NCBI GenBank assembly: GCA_951406725.2
Contig: CATOCA020000001.1
Span: 1,798,001-1,862,000, forward strand
Length of the DNA: 64,000 nt
Source: Octopus vulgaris
Taxonomy: Eukaryota
Direction: 5' to 3'
The translations under genes were made by a program, and so were the position numbers. The notes under the pieces were generated by a model that ran no database searches, was not told the origin of the DNA, and saw only the letters and a list, made by a program, of their open reading frames with translations. Position 1 is the first letter of the stretch. Every line of letters begins with the position of its first letter. Of this stretch, positions 1-13,919 are shown piece after piece.

Positions 1-477
1 TATACATCCGTGATGAAATGTAAACTATAGAGAACTAAAGCACCCACTCCTTGTTCTAGTCTGTTGGGTAGGCTAAAGTTATTTGAATTTTCATGCAAAT
101 GATTGCAGTCTGATCTCGTCTCTAGACAAAACCTAAGAGTAATCCATTTTGCACTTTTACCTGACATACGAAGTAATATGTGAAGATGGTGAGCGAATTT
201 TTGTTGTCCCTCATGCCATTTAATCTTCAAACGTTCTCCAGAACTTTTCAGATTTTATTTTTGTTTTCCATTGAAACATATTCTTGAAAGAAGCCAAGAA
301 GATAAGGAGCAAATGGTAAGCAGGGACCAGTGTGTGATACGAAGTAGAATATTGATTTGTTTTAAACTAGACAATTTTTCTGAACGAAAACATAGTCAAC
401 AAAATTCATTCAAATGTCATATGATAATGATTTTAAATATTAATTAATATCTTCATTTCTGTAAATTTCGTTGTCAG

Positions 478-550
478 GTCTTCCAGCAGTCATCGTTACA
501 ATTACCCTGGCAATTAATAACACAGACAATTACACCAAAATCGCAGAGGT
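478..550 (+). CDS. Adhesion (family B2) GPCR internal exon, TM4-ECL2
   Basis: ttgtcAG|...GAGGT|GTAAGT. Phase-1 entry reads (G)LPAVIVTITLAINNTDNYTKIAEV, and the phase-2 exit joins in frame to CWL of the 2602 exon. Confidence 0.85.
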
Positions 551-609
551 GTAAGTATTTCTCTTTTTCATCCATCTTATTTTCTCTGCTCAACTAAATT
601 TATTGCTAG

Positions 610-948
610 ATTTACTCTTTTACTTGTTTCAGTCATTTGACTGCGGCCATGCTGGAGCACCGCCTTTAATCGAGCAACTCGACCCCGGGACTTATTCTTT
701 GTAAGCCCAGTACTTATTCTATCGGTCTCTTTTTGCCGAACCGCTAAGTGACGGGGACGTAAACACACCAGCATCGGTTGTCAAGCAATGCTAGGGGGAC
801 AAACACAGACACACAAACATATACACACACACTTATATATATATACATATATACGACAGGCTTCTTTCAGTTTCCGTCTACCAAATCCACTCACAAGGCA
901 TTGGTCGGCCCGGGGCTAGAGTAGAAGACACTTGCCCAAGATGCCACG
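610..948 (-). mobile_element. tRNA-derived SINE, 5'-truncated (same family as 41015-41429 and 41550-41868)
   Basis: Near-identical to the full copies at ~41 kb (gactgcggccatgctggagcaccgc...gacacttgcccaagatgccacg). Confidence 0.8.
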
Positions 949-1039
949 ATTTATTTATACTTTTAATATTGTAGAATAGTAGGTCATCTAGCACCAAGGT
1001 AAAGCCACGACTTTGATTGCTGGTGGTAAACCTAATTCA

Positions 1040-1410
1040 CTATCATCTACCTAGTGTGGATAAAATTCCCGAGATCCATGGACGAGTTCTCTCTAGCAGT
1101 TCTTGTCCTTCAATCATCGCTGCTATGTCCTGCGTCTCCCAGAGTCCAGTGTCCGTCCTTAGGACATCAGCATGTGTCATTCTCGGTCTCCCTCCTCTAG
1201 TGTGTACATGTACGGAGCACTGATTGCCGTATCAACTCTGAATGACAGTGAGCATCTCTAGCTAACCTCAGTCTCCTCCTCTGTGTTATTTTCGAGCTAA
1301 ATTTTGGGAGGCGCTCGTACATCTATCACTTCTTCATCATCAGTATATACTGATTAATATTCAGAGCCATCATCAGCATTCTCTTGTAGCACCCATCCAC
1401 CAGCTTGTTG
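1040..1410 (-). mobile_element. Degenerate RTE-clade LINE 3' fragment
   Basis: Minus-strand peptides KLVDGCYKRML and GRPRMTHADVLRTDTGL resemble the RTE RT C-terminus. Confidence 0.55.
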
Positions 1411-2004
1411 CTGGTTGTTTATTTTCCTGGATATTTGCTGTATAGAGAGTGTGTTGTGTTTGTGGATCGTTTTGTTTGTAGTATTGAATTGATAATATCT
1501 TGCGTACGATATGGGCTGTTCCTAGCACGACTATGTTTTGGGAAGTGTATAGTACTGAATTGTCCAAAACTAGCTTCCACGATTTTGTTCATATGTTTTT
1601 ATCATGTCTACTGCTACAGATATTACTGGTACTGTTTTCCCCTTCATACCCCACAACTTTTTTTTTCTTCAATTTCGAGATCTTTGCACTCTGCCAATAT
1701 CTCCATAACTTTTGCGGAAAATATTTTGGTCATTGCAATGTCTATCAATGTATATGGATATATATTAATATATAAACAAAAATGCTAGTCCTAAAATCTC
1801 TTTAAGGAATCAACACAGTAGTTGTACTGAGAAGTAATATTCGTAGCCACTTTAACATGGCTGTCCGTTCGAGCGGACTCTACTGCGATTTTTTAAACCC
1901 AAAAGTACATCTCTATGTGGTTAACGATTCACAGCTGCATCCGATGAATTGCGAGCACGGGAGTGAACTCCTAACACCTTCTAGCATCGAGACCAGTGGA
2001 CCAG

Positions 2005-2137
2005 TATACATACATACATACATACATACATACATACATACATACATACATACATACATACATACATACATACATACATACATACATACATACATACATA
2101 CATACATACATACATACATGCATGCATGCATGCATAC

Positions 2138-2168
<31 letters not shown>

Positions 2169-2334
2169 CATACATACATACATACATACATACATACATA
2201 CATACATACATACATACATACATACATACATACATACATACATACATACATACATACATACATACATGCATACATACATACATACATACATACATACATA
2301 CATACATACATACATACATACATACATACATACA

Positions 2335-2364
<30 letters not shown>
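2005..2364. repeat. (TACA)n microsatellite, intronic
   Basis: Direct inspection. Confidence 0.98.
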
Positions 2365-2367
<3 letters not shown>

Positions 2368-2601
2368 GTATATAAATACATACATATATATATGTGTGTG
2401 TGATTCTGTGTGTCCGTAAACTGAAAGTTTCAATAAATATATTCTACTCATTAACGTACCTAATTTGCTGCAAGTTTGAGAAATGTTTCGTTTTGTTTTG
2501 GATCGAAATCTCTTGCCCTTAATGCTTCTGTGATACTTCATTTTATTGACTGAACATTTGGCAAATTTCTTTTCTTCATTGCCTTTCCATTTTCTTTGTA
2601 G

Positions 2602-2990
2602 CTGTTGGTTATCAGAACCTTCCTTCCATGTTGCTTTCCTGACTCCCGTGGTGATAATTCTCATCTTCAACTTTATCCTGATATCTCTCGTGACATGGCG
2701 TCTCATATCACCGCAAAGAAACAAGAGGTTTGATCGCAAAAGAAGTATAGTACGTGTTCTGGGCCTGGTTGGTTTGCTGTTTTTGTTTGGACTCACATGG
2801 GTCTTTGCATTCTTCGCTGTTAGCGAAGCAGCAACAGTGTTTCGGTACCTTTTTCTTGTATGCAATACCCTTCAAGGAATCTTCATCTTCGTATTCTATT
2901 GTTTATACAAGAAAGATACCAGAGATGGCGTCAAGGAGTTTGTGATCAAACGAAAGAGAGCGAATCCCTGGAAATTTACCACCGGCAAAA
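2602..2990 (+). CDS. Adhesion GPCR exon, ECL2-TM5-TM6-TM7-helix 8
   Basis: tttctttgtAG|C TGT TGG...GGC AAA A|GTGAGT. Encodes the family-B motifs CWL, FxxPV..I..FN, LFGLTWVFAFF and YLF..CNTLQGIFIFVFYC. Confidence 0.92.
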
Positions 2991-3370
2991 GTGAGTGCGA
3001 TTTGTCTTTTTTTATCCATTGTACCATCAAAAGCATCGCCAATATTGTCATGATGGGGATAATCACAGGCAACAGTTCCAACAACACAAGCACTTTTACG
3101 ATAGACGTCATCAAAAAATATCAACACCGCTGTTGTCATCGCCATTATCCTCCCCCTCCTTATCATCATCATAATCGTCGTCGTCATCAACGGCAGCAAC
3201 AATAGCTGTATTCTCTGCGTGTGTGCATTGTGTATACATATATAAATATATACGCGCGCGTGTGTGTGTTTATATAAATGGACACATACATATACATACA
3301 TATAAATATATTACACACACTTTTGTTTCTGTAATGTATTAAAACAAAATCAGGGTGTTAGACAATTACA

Positions 3371-4330
3371 TCATTTTCCCACATAGACTCCATGTTATTC
3401 GATGCACCTCCTCCAGTGTGTTCTGCAAGCTTGTTTATTCCGTCGGAGAAGAAGGTTTTCGATTGGCTGCACAGCCATTTCTTCGCGGCCTCTTGGACTT
3501 CTTAATCCATAACAAATGTATGACCTCGTAAAGGAAGACTGAGCGGTCCGACGAGATGGTTATCGGAAGGGCCGAGATGTGCATGGTATTCAGGTGGTTC
3601 CAGCAACTCGAATCCAAAGTTTTCATTGGCCTCAACACTTGCCTTGACAACAAACCTCGGCGTTTAGGGCAAATTTCTAGTTACACTTTGTTGGCCAGCA
3701 TTTCACAATAGCTTAAACTTGTCACTATAAACTACTTTTCCGGGTAATATTTAGGTATAAGCCATTCTGTGTACCCTTTATTCGGCGGAAGGTTGAGTTT
3801 TGAATTTCCTTTTCGCTTGCGATTCCGGGTATTTCTCTCCATACTCTACCGTTTGGATTGTGGTTCAAAGTGATATATCCGGGTATCATCTCCTGTGACC
3901 ATTTTCTCCAAACAACTCTTCGGTTTCATCGTTGTAGTAGTCACGTAAGCATTGATAGATCTCCACAGAATTGCATTTATGAGCTTTGATAAGTTCTCTT
4001 GGTACCCATCTCGCACAGACTTTCAGAAAGGGAAGCTTGTCGTGGATGATTTCGTATGCAGAACCCTGACTAATTTGCAGAAAACATACCACGCCGTCGG
4101 TGATCACTCGACGGTTTACTCGGCTCCATTACGCAAGTTTGTAAATTCTTCACGTCAGTGGTGGAGGATGATGGGCACCCTGCTCCCTCTTCCTGCTTCA
4201 CGTTTGCCCAACCGTTTTAAAGCTTATCCATCCGCTCAAAGTCACTTCTACGCGGCCAGAGTGCTGTCCTAGTATTGTGCTGAAGGCCTACAATGAATTT
4301 CAGCCCCTGGAACACCTTCGGTCTTGGAAA
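3371..4330 (-). mobile_element. Decayed mariner (DD34D) transposase
   Basis: KVCARWVPREL, VTGDDT, and a degenerate YSPDLAPSD-like motif (EPPEYHAHLGPSDNHLVGPL) followed by WL..Q..FFSDGINKL. Contains stops and frameshifts. Confidence 0.85.
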
Positions 4331-5431
4331 TTCAGTCACTGATCTCTGAGTTTTCTTTGGGCACACTGCAAGCCATGTTTACTCTGCAACACAAGAAAGA
4401 AAACTGGAGCGATGAAAGTCAGCCCTCAGTTAGGTAACTACATGAGTACAACCTTTTGTTTAGCACACGAGCGCATAAGGCAGTCCAACCACAGAAAGTT
4501 TTAGTAAATGAAGATAATTTCAAACTTTCCTTAGTAGATGAGTGCGGGTGTGTATGAATATACACAGAGAACGAGAGAGAGGATGAGAGAGAGAGAGAGG
4601 GAAGAAGAGAGAGAGGGTGAGTGAATATATATATATTCATATATAAAGTCACACACATACATATCCAAACCACAGTTGCTAACCGTGAACTAAAGAATTA
4701 CCTTTTCCAGCTTATCGTACTTCGATACCGGATACATTCACAACCATCTGCGCCAATAAAAATCACTACAGTTTTAATGTAGAAGGAATAGCTAAGATTT
4801 TTTGACTGCTATTTCTAAATTTCGGTATGTGGTGAGCAAATCTTTGCTGAACCCTAATTTTAAAGTATTAATTAAGCTTACAATGAAATGGTATTTTTCA
4901 TGCCGAATTCTGCTTGGTAAAATTACTGATTACTTCTTAATTAATTAATTTTACCCTTTGTTATTATTGATAATGGAATTTTTCTCCCTGATAACAAACT
5001 ACAGTTTCTCCCTGAAGCATCTTACTTGGCGACACGCTAATGGGCAGGGGAAGGTGATGAACTCTCATTCGTATTTTGAATTTTTTTACTGCTATTTTTA
5101 AACTTCGGTATGTGAAGCAAATCTTTGCTGAACCCTAATTATAAAGTATATATATATATATTTATACGTATATGCATAAATGTAGACCGGTAAAATGAGC
5201 GCTCAACACCAGATTGGTGGATATATAACTTCTTTAGTTGTGAGTTAAGGCTACCATTGGTTTGGTTTCATGTTAAAGGTATTCGCCTGATTGACTTGAC
5301 GATTCGTTAAGACAGTAGGATATTTTCCTACTTTCTTTTAATGAAACTAATGGTAGCCTTCATTCACACGCACATACACACACACACAGACGCACACACA
5401 CACAAACACACAGACGCACGCACGCACACAC

Positions 5432-5464
<33 letters not shown>

Positions 5465-6359
5465 TAGTGAGAATTTACAAAAAACAAAAGACGAAGATGG
5501 GTGTGTAAACAACAAACAGATGTTTTAGTTTAACGCTCGGGAAGTGGGAAAGTCTTCTACGTTTCGAGCCTACGCTCTTCGACAGAAAGGAACACAGAAA
5601 TAAATAGGGAGAGAAAATAGAAAACGGTTTAGTGGCTGGCGATCTATCAAGGCTGATGTACCCTTTAATTCCCGGAAAAGCGGGGTTTATCTCTTGGTGC
5701 CGTCCTCAAAATTACTTCCCTAATCCAATAACAACAATACAAAGTATGTAGTCCTTAAAACAGCTTTTGTGCGTTTACAGAGAATACCGAACTATCTTAC
5801 ATACGATCTTGCTTTTAGGAATTCCGAATAAGCTATGAATACCCAAATTGTGAAGTCAAAAAATACCTCATTCTACCTTTATTCGTCGAGTAGACTGAAA
5901 TAATTAGTAGATGAAATTGAGGTACTTGGGTGTTTCTCTGGGCTTCTTCCGAGATTTTATAAATAAATATAAAATAAATAAATACACACACATTTAAATA
6001 CTTATACATATACATATGCATACATATATAAATATACATAAATACTGATTTATACACTTAAATGTACATACATATTTACATTTATAAGCATAAACAATAA
6101 TCAATTATTAGTAATATCATATGCATTATATTATTCATATTAGATAAAATATAAACAGAGGACACACACGCACAAAAATATATATACATATATATTTTTC
6201 CGCTCAGACACACTTATATGTACATACGTATTATATGTGTTTAGAAGAGAGGATCAGTGCATTAGTTTGTATCATTATAATTATAAATATAATTATAATA
6301 ATAATACGTAGACTTATTTATATTTACATAGAAGCGTGAAATGTTTATTCGGGATTTTT

Positions 6360-6397
<38 letters not shown>

Positions 6398-6672
6398 AAT
6401 GAGGTAATCAGATCGGTTGGTTCATATTTGTAGATATTTATTTATATATTACATTTTTTACATATATATCATATCATTCAGATCATATTCGGATTAGCGC
6501 TTTCTCCCAATCTAGTGGGCTTTTCAAATCAATATATATATATATACATATATATATATGTGTGTGTATGTGGGGTATGTATGTATATATATATATATGG
6601 GTGTATATATTATACTGTCCGGTAATTAATGTGCTTAAAATTTAATATTTTGTTTTTTCATAATGTTTCCAG

Positions 6673-6725
6673 GTTCACGTTGTGGTAATGAAACAGAGAA
6701 CATAGCAGCAGAAACAAACTTTTGA
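6673..6725 (+). CDS. Probable terminal coding exon of the adhesion GPCR (SSRCGNETENIAAETNF*)
   Basis: Strong acceptor tgttttttcataatgtttccAG. Phase 1 matches the 2990 donor. Ends in the class I PDZ-binding-type motif ETNF, which is conserved in two diverged copies. Confidence 0.7.
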
Positions 6726-6779
6726 GTGAAAATCGAAAAAGAACCTCCAAGAATCGTCTTTGATGATATTTTGTGCTAC

Positions 6780-8230
6780 AAAATAATATTTTCTCCATAT
6801 ATGATATAAAATAGTAGTTTCTCCATTTATAATATAAAATAATATTTTCTCCATATATAATATAAAATAATATTTTCTCCATATATAATATAAAATAATA
6901 TTTTCTCCATATATAATATAAAATAATATTTTCTCCATATATAATATAAAATATTTTCTCCATATCTTTATATATATAAAACTGAGAATGTGTCTGTCTG
7001 TCTGTCTGTGTGTTTCCCTAAAACTTGAGAACTACACAACCAATTTCATTCCAATTTTATACATGCCTTACTTAGGGTCCTGGGAGTGTCATCGGCAACA
7101 AACTTTTTAACTTTTTGCCTAGGGCGAGCCCACAGCAATATCATATCTTCTCCACTACGATTCCCTAAAACTTGAGAACTACAAAACCAATTTCATTCAA
7201 ATTTTACACATGCCTTACTTAGGGTCCATGTAGTTCCATGGGCAAACAAAATGTTCAACTTCTTGCCTAGAGCGAGCCCATAGCAATATCATATCTTCTC
7301 CACTATTTCAGTATTACGTGTTAAAAGTGAAACAAAAATATTTCTCTATTTTATGTCAGATACTTTCACTTTAACAATAAAAATAATAATAACAATTGAA
7401 TTATATGTAGCAAGTAATAATTAAAATCAAACTAAAGTATAATATAATCGTAACATAACAAAAGTAAAAATAGCAATTGGTATAAAATTGCATCAATGAC
7501 TTGAACTTGAATAAGTGGTTTCACATGAATGGGAATAAATTAAAAATAAAATTAGCGTGCAGAAATGTAATAGTCCAGATGGTTAATCAGAGGCGCCACA
7601 ATAGAAGCAAGGTTCGAGTCAACGGAGCGTGCAAGGGAGTACTCGATTCGAACTTGCAAAGTGGAAATATTTTATTTTTACCTTTATATCTGGGACGTAG
7701 GACGTCCCGGAAAAAATTTTAAATGCACCACCGCCCCCCCCCCATCCCCGAAGTAGAGGTAGGCTGGATTGTAGCCACACTTCTAGACAAGAGGGAGGAC
7801 AAGATACAATTGGTCGAAATTACATGAGACGGGCTAACAATTCCAGTCTGTTATATATTTCGAGTATTGTTATCAATAGCGATATCAAGATATAACTTTG
7901 TATTTTGTATTTTATGTGTAGATGTATATATGTGGATGTACAAGTAATACGTACACATATATATACACATATATACATGCACTAGCACTATGACCCGGCA
8001 ACAACGGATCTTTAATGCTAGTATAATATAAAATAATATTTTCTCCATATATAATATAAAATAATATTTTCTCTATATATAATATAAAATAATATTTTTC
8101 CATATATAATATGAAATAATATTTTCTCCATATATAATATAAAATTATATTTTCTCCATATATGATATAAAATAATATGTTCTCCATATATAATATAAAA
8201 TATTTTCTCCATATATAATATAAAATATTC
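6780..8230. repeat. 28-bp AT-rich minisatellite (tattttctccatatataatataaaataa)n, interrupted by a Helitron
   Basis: Tandem units at 6780-6964 and 8022-8230. Confidence 0.95.
6965..8021 (+). mobile_element. Non-autonomous Helitron
   Basis: Begins TC(TTTATATATATAAAA) and ends CTAG. Inserted between A and T with no TSD; removing it restores a perfect minisatellite unit. Has an internal ~147-bp tandem duplication (7013-7305). Confidence 0.88.
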
Positions 8231-10544
8231 TTTCCTTGTAACGACACTATAATTGTACGTTTCAATACAACACTGTGCATGCATGAGACTGTATAATCCA
8301 CCATAATGTAATTTAAACAAGTTTCAGGGCCTCACTATGGCTTGAAACAGAAAATATTGCATGATTTGAAATTATATTGATATTCTATCTTCTTGCCAAT
8401 TTAATGTAATCAATGTAAGCTTTAAAATTGTTAAATAAAGAATTAAATCTGATCTGTTGCTACCGTTCGTTTTCTAGATGAAATACCGCAGACTAAGATC
8501 AAATACCACCGGAAGAGGCATTGATTCCATTTGTTATTTTAAACATTCCACTAAAATGTTAAAACTTGCAAAATGTATCATGTTGATTAGATTTACGATC
8601 ATTTATCTAATTAGTATTATCAGGTCATTCAACTGTCATTGTTCAAGTAATCAACATTTCACAAACAGCTACATTCCAATCAAAGCACTGGACGTAGATT
8701 TGTCTTCTATACGTTCATGTCTACTTTCACTCCATCAATGTTACACTAACACGAGACTGCGCACGCCTCAATGTCTTCAATGAAGTAGTTTCTTAGTTAT
8801 ATTCTCTACATGATATTTAGGCCCATTAGGCCGCAGTCTCTCTCGGTATCCAACATATTCCAACACCCGGGGATAGAAGACACCCCACTAAAAGAGATGC
8901 CAGTCTGTTGCAAGTTTAACCCCTGGTTGTTGCTGGTATTTCTTCTCAGATGACTGCATTGGAAATGTTTTTCTCGTGGACAGAACGCACCGAACCAATA
9001 GTCCATGTGTCTATTTCTGTGTGCGTGTGTGTGTATGTATATATGTGTGTGCTTTTTAGCCTCTTCTGTTTTCCGGATCATTGGTGGCTCTCTTGCCAGC
9101 CGGAACACCGCTACGCCCTTCTTTTATGCTCTGCTTGTTGCTGTTAAAAGATATGTAGCCGTGTACCGTAACAGTTCTGTCATTTCTACTGCTTATTACA
9201 TGGCCAGTGGTTTTAGATGTCTTGATACATCGACTGAACTAAGGAATTATTTTTTAGTTTCCTCCTAATTAGATGGTCGCACCATTTCACTCTCTTCCAT
9301 CTGACTACTTCAGTTCTGGTTTATGTCATGTAAATAACGTTTCTTATACAAATTACGCCACTCTCATTATAATATCTCTTTAGTTTTAAACACATTTTAA
9401 TAACCTCTTACTTATGTGTTTCTAGACCCTGATTAGAGAAACAAAAATGTGCAACCTATCAATGCATCGCTGGCTGATGTCCTACAAGCTCCAGATCCTG
9501 TTTCTTAAATCTCTCAAATGCTATACATGCTAGCGTGACCTGTCTTTTCTAACCTGTGTGTCTAGTGCGACGGGTACTACACAGCTCTCTTTGACATGTT
9601 CAACATAAGAACCATTCAGTGTGATTATTTCCTTTGCGTTGTGTAATTAATCTGTATATAATGCTATTCATTTTCATAGCCCATTTTCCCCATATTTCGT
9701 CTGAGACCATCAATATTAGGTTTGCTTCCCAACCACATAATTCCGTTTTTTTTTTTTGGTCTCAACGTGTGACATGGCACTTTGGGCAATTTCTACCATA
9801 CTGAGAAAAAAGTACTAGGGTCAATTCGTTCGACTAAAACTTATTCCAGGGGCCCTCCACCTCCTCCAGCATGGCTGCAGTCTCATGACTGAAATAAAGG
9901 AAAAAGTTTTAAAATATATATTTCCTCACTTCGTTATTATCTGTGAACACATATTTTCTCTATTCTCCTTTCAGTGAAGAAAACACATCTGTCTCCATGA
10001 CATTTCTCCTTCACTCACTCTCTGTCTCTTTTGCTACTTCTCTCTCTCTCTCTCCTCTCTCTTATAGCTTTGCCTCTCCCATACACTTTCCTCATCAGTC
10101 CATGCTTCTCTCTCTCTCATATCACATGTTGCTTCCCTGCGCGTGGAGAATTAATCCAGCAAAGACGTTCAACATTTTTATAATTGTTTTTCATCTCCGC
10201 TGTTTCGTTTAACATATTTTCTCTCTTCATTGTGAACCACAAACATAATCATTCTTCATTATTTTTCACACCATAACTTACTTCTCCTTGATCTGTTTCT
10301 CTCTGCCTTTCGGTCCTGATATGGCCCCTCCTCCATACCATTGCCCACAATCTCCATAGGTTCTACAACGATGAGCCCCCAATATACTACAAGCACTATG
10401 ACGAACAATCTCATTATGAATCTAACTCTGCAGGATCACAATGTTCAAAAACACATCTACAGACATCTACACATCTGTGCCTTACCTCAATATACAACAC
10501 TTAACCTATATTGGGTGCTTGTCACACGTAGTTGCAGTACTTAC

Positions 10545-10798
10545 AATCTTGTGAAAATATGACATACAACAGACAATTTGTAATACGTCCAGGCTGACAA
10601 GCAAGCTTTAATACGTGACTGCACGAAGATGTTGAATCCTATACAAACACAACATATAAATGGAACTTGTAGATTATAAACCGTAATGGTTAGCACAAGG
10701 TTTATCGAAGAATCAAATTCTGGATTAGTTACATCCACATCTTGGCTATGGGCTCCAAGAAGGGAAGTGCTGTTCCCTTGCATATTCCGCTATAATGC
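10545..10798 (-). pseudogene. Putative first coding exon of a degenerate class A peptide-type GPCR (N-terminus, TM1, start of TM2)
   Basis: AG acceptor, ATG at 10783, GTAAGT donor. MQGNST...YNLQVPFICCVCIGFNIFVQSR...SAWTYY resembles TM1/ICL1 but lacks the canonical GN. No downstream exons found. Confidence 0.4.
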
Positions 10799-11344
10799 CT
10801 AGACGAATAGTAAAATTCTGACCAATAGCAATATTCTGAACATATGGACGTGATAGATGTGTAGCGAGACCAATTTCTATTATTGTATATTTGGAAACAT
10901 TAAGTTAGTTTCTGAAAGCTCACCACGCTACTCTGTTGAGATTGGTTAAAATAACTATCATAAAATTATTGGACATTTATTGAACCCTGTGTTGTGATCA
11001 GCTGAGTGTTGCGCGGGCGCTTGATCGAAGGTCCAATAACGTTACGCGTTATATATTTCTGGAGCCTCATTTCTTTTCATAAATTGGTGCCATAAATTAT
11101 TTACGAGTCAGAGAGGTGAGAGTCATTCATCGAGGCGAAGTATGCGGATTCTGCCGTTTTCAGCATTAATTTGCTTACTCCATCTAATTTTTGAGAGCGG
11201 TCGAGTTCACTTTTAGTATTCTCGTTTGTGAGAGCAGTCGAGTTTATTTCAGATATTCTCATTCTAAAAATCATCTCTGGCTCATCGTTGAGAGGATGTT
11301 GGTATTGTCTCGGCGGAGGTTTGCACATTTTAAGTGCTCTACTG

Positions 11345-11385
11345 ATTATTGTTGTTTTTGTTGTTGTTGTTGCTGTTGCTGTTGC

Positions 11386-11419
<34 letters not shown>

Positions 11420-11456
11420 GCTGCTGCTTCTGTCGTTGTCGTTGTTGTTGTTGTTG

Positions 11457-11524
<68 letters not shown>

Positions 11525-11525
11525 A
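11345..11525. repeat. Compound (GTT/GCT/GAT)n microsatellite; mirrored at 37555-37697
   Basis: Direct inspection. Confidence 0.95.
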
Positions 11526-12029
11526 TACAAGGTAATTCGGTAAACTGAAAATATCATTTCAGTCACCTATTCGATTGATTTATTTACAGAGTAATTCAGT
11601 TAACTGAAAGTACCTTTTCAGTTATCCATTCGGATGTTTAATTTAAAGAGTTTACAGGTTTATCCGTGATCCATCCTTGCCTCATTCGTTACTGTTGTGG
11701 AAGGATTCCGACAACTCCCATATGATTAAAAGTGAATTGTCACAACATTTGCTATGAATAAAGAACTGTCGAGTTATCAGCAGTTCGCTGTGAGCCGTGT
11801 AACCTCGTATAACAGGAAGCCTCGTGCGTTCGTGTAAATACTTCGTTAAATTATTTATCAAACATACAAGGATATAAAAGTTACTTATAAAGGAAATATA
11901 CTTACACCATACCTCACGTTTTTGACAGTATCCGCGGAAGGAAGAGACTTGTGGATGACATGAATTACATATTATGAAGCACAGAAACAAAACGCTGATG
12001 AATCTAAGACTTACAGGAAATTCGAAATT

Positions 12030-13200
12030 ATGTCCTGTAACGCTCGAGTGCACATTAGGATACATGATGAAGATCATACCATAATTCAGCACATTGGTGA
12101 AGATCCTCATTGTTCATGTGCTTCAAAATCCATGCATCATATTCAGGTGGGGTTATTCAGTGTTCCGCAGTTGTTTGCATTACCCCCACCCAAAAATAAA
12201 CTTACAGCCGCCTTTTTTATAAGCTAAATGAATTACTCCAAAGACTGAGCCCTGAAGATTTTATGAGGGATTTTGAAAAAGCTCTTATTAATAGCATTGT
12301 ATCTGTTTCCTACTACTTCCATCTCATGCTGTCTTTTTCATCTATCACAAAATATATACAGAAAACATGTGAATTTGGCTTGAAGGACAGATACCATCAT
12401 TATAATGAGTTTAGCATTAAAATCAGAGGTTTTTAAGCATTGCTAATTCTTCGTCTCGATGATGAGATTGACGGAGTCGAAAATCTTGTAGATGACGATG
12501 ATCTTCCGCAAGAACTTGTGACCTACTTTAGATTATCGTACCTATGATAAGTGTGAAGTAAAGGAATGAGACCACGAAGGACTTCTCCCTAGTTTCCCAT
12601 TGTCGAACATCTTGTAGATGACGATGATCCTCCTGCTAGAACTTGTGACCTACTTTGGATTATCGTACCTAAGAAGAGTGCAAAGTAAAGGAATCAGACT
12701 ACAAAGGACTTCTCCCTAGTTTCCTATTGGTAGTTGGAATGTCCGCTTTAAAACAGAATCGGATATGCCTCGCACTAATAACCTTTTAGAGGGATTTCAC
12801 AACGCCCTACAAATTTCCTTAATTTGTTCACATCCGAATATATGGAGATAATTACTGCATTGAGAAGGGAAGAACACTTGGCACAGCTGAGAAAGGTTGA
12901 ATTTGATGGAGGTGGGATCTGCGAGACCAAACAAAAATAAAAGAAAGGATATAAGCAAACGGATAAGTATTGAGCGACATAGTCCCGAAAATAAGATGGA
13001 TTTTATATGAGCAATAGCCCCTAACCTTCATTTTTATTGAAACTTTTAGTAATAATTTTAGGTTTTACTCGACTTTTTATTTCATCCTTATTCAACGTTT
13101 TATTTTTTCTAATATCGGGAGTGAAATTGACTGGTAGTCAAATTACCGGAGTCAAAATACCGGGTGTGAAGTTATCAGGATTCAAATTGCCTGTCGCCAA
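12030..13200 (+). mobile_element. Decayed Mutator-like (MULE) transposase with terminal subrepeats
   Basis: CNARVH (Zn-finger-like), DFEKALINSI, CCLFHLSQNIYRK, WNV, PRTNNLLEGFHN and HPNIW. Internal ~125-bp duplication at 12480-12725 and ~15-bp subrepeats at 13115-13200. Confidence 0.8.
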
Positions 13201-13919
13201 TTCAGTCGATGTCTGAGGGATACGGGTTCGAGTGCAACTTTTTTCCATCTCATAAGGGTACCCAGTCTTTCTCTGCTATCTCTACAGCTTTACTGGGTTT
13301 GAAATGTCCTTCCTTATCTGCAAGGTATCGCGTTTAAAATGGTTAAGTATGTTATCATTTATTTATGCAGAAGAGATAACATTACATGACAGGGAGTAGC
13401 TTTAATGGAAGAAAAACATTCGCAAAATATATAAATTCCTACGTCTCTTATTAAGAGAGACTAATGAGTGTTTCTCTCGATGCCACAGGGAATGTTAACC
13501 ATCTTCTAAATTTATGTCCCAGATTCCAGATACAGTTTTGAAGAATCACATGAATACTTTGATCACCTATAAACAAAAAGAAACTTGTTACTATGGAATT
13601 GCTTCAACGTAATCATTGGAGACCTCCGCTTCAATGAAGAAGCAGGCTGAAGCAAGAACTGACCAAATGCTATAGAAAGATAAAGCTTTAGCAAACCAAA
13701 AGAGAAGCGAGCATAATTACTACGTTTGTGTGCAATAAGGGGTCTCATGATAACAAACACTGTGTCCGGAAAAGAATGTCTGGAAGCTAAATCAATATAT
13801 ATATTATTCTTCAATTCATTACTTTGAACAACGATCGTCAAGTTTGCTTTGGCAATTCTAAAGATATTTTGGTGTCACGAATTGTGTCACCAAAACAGAT
13901 AAAATAACCTTTAAAGTTC

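Noticed and set aside
1857-2865. HTYI/MYVC-repeat ORFs, and similar YI/CV/poly-N/I/L ORFs elsewhere
   Set aside because: These are translations of microsatellites.
2991-3205. C-terminal extension of the 219-aa ORF
   Set aside because: Read-through past the GTGAGT donor into low-complexity intron.
4711-5840. Alternative phase-1 terminal exons for the adhesion GPCR (4711, 5781, 5819)
   Set aside because: Formally possible, but they lack a recognisable motif. The 6673 exon has a stronger acceptor and a conserved ETNF* end. Not excluded without RNA data.
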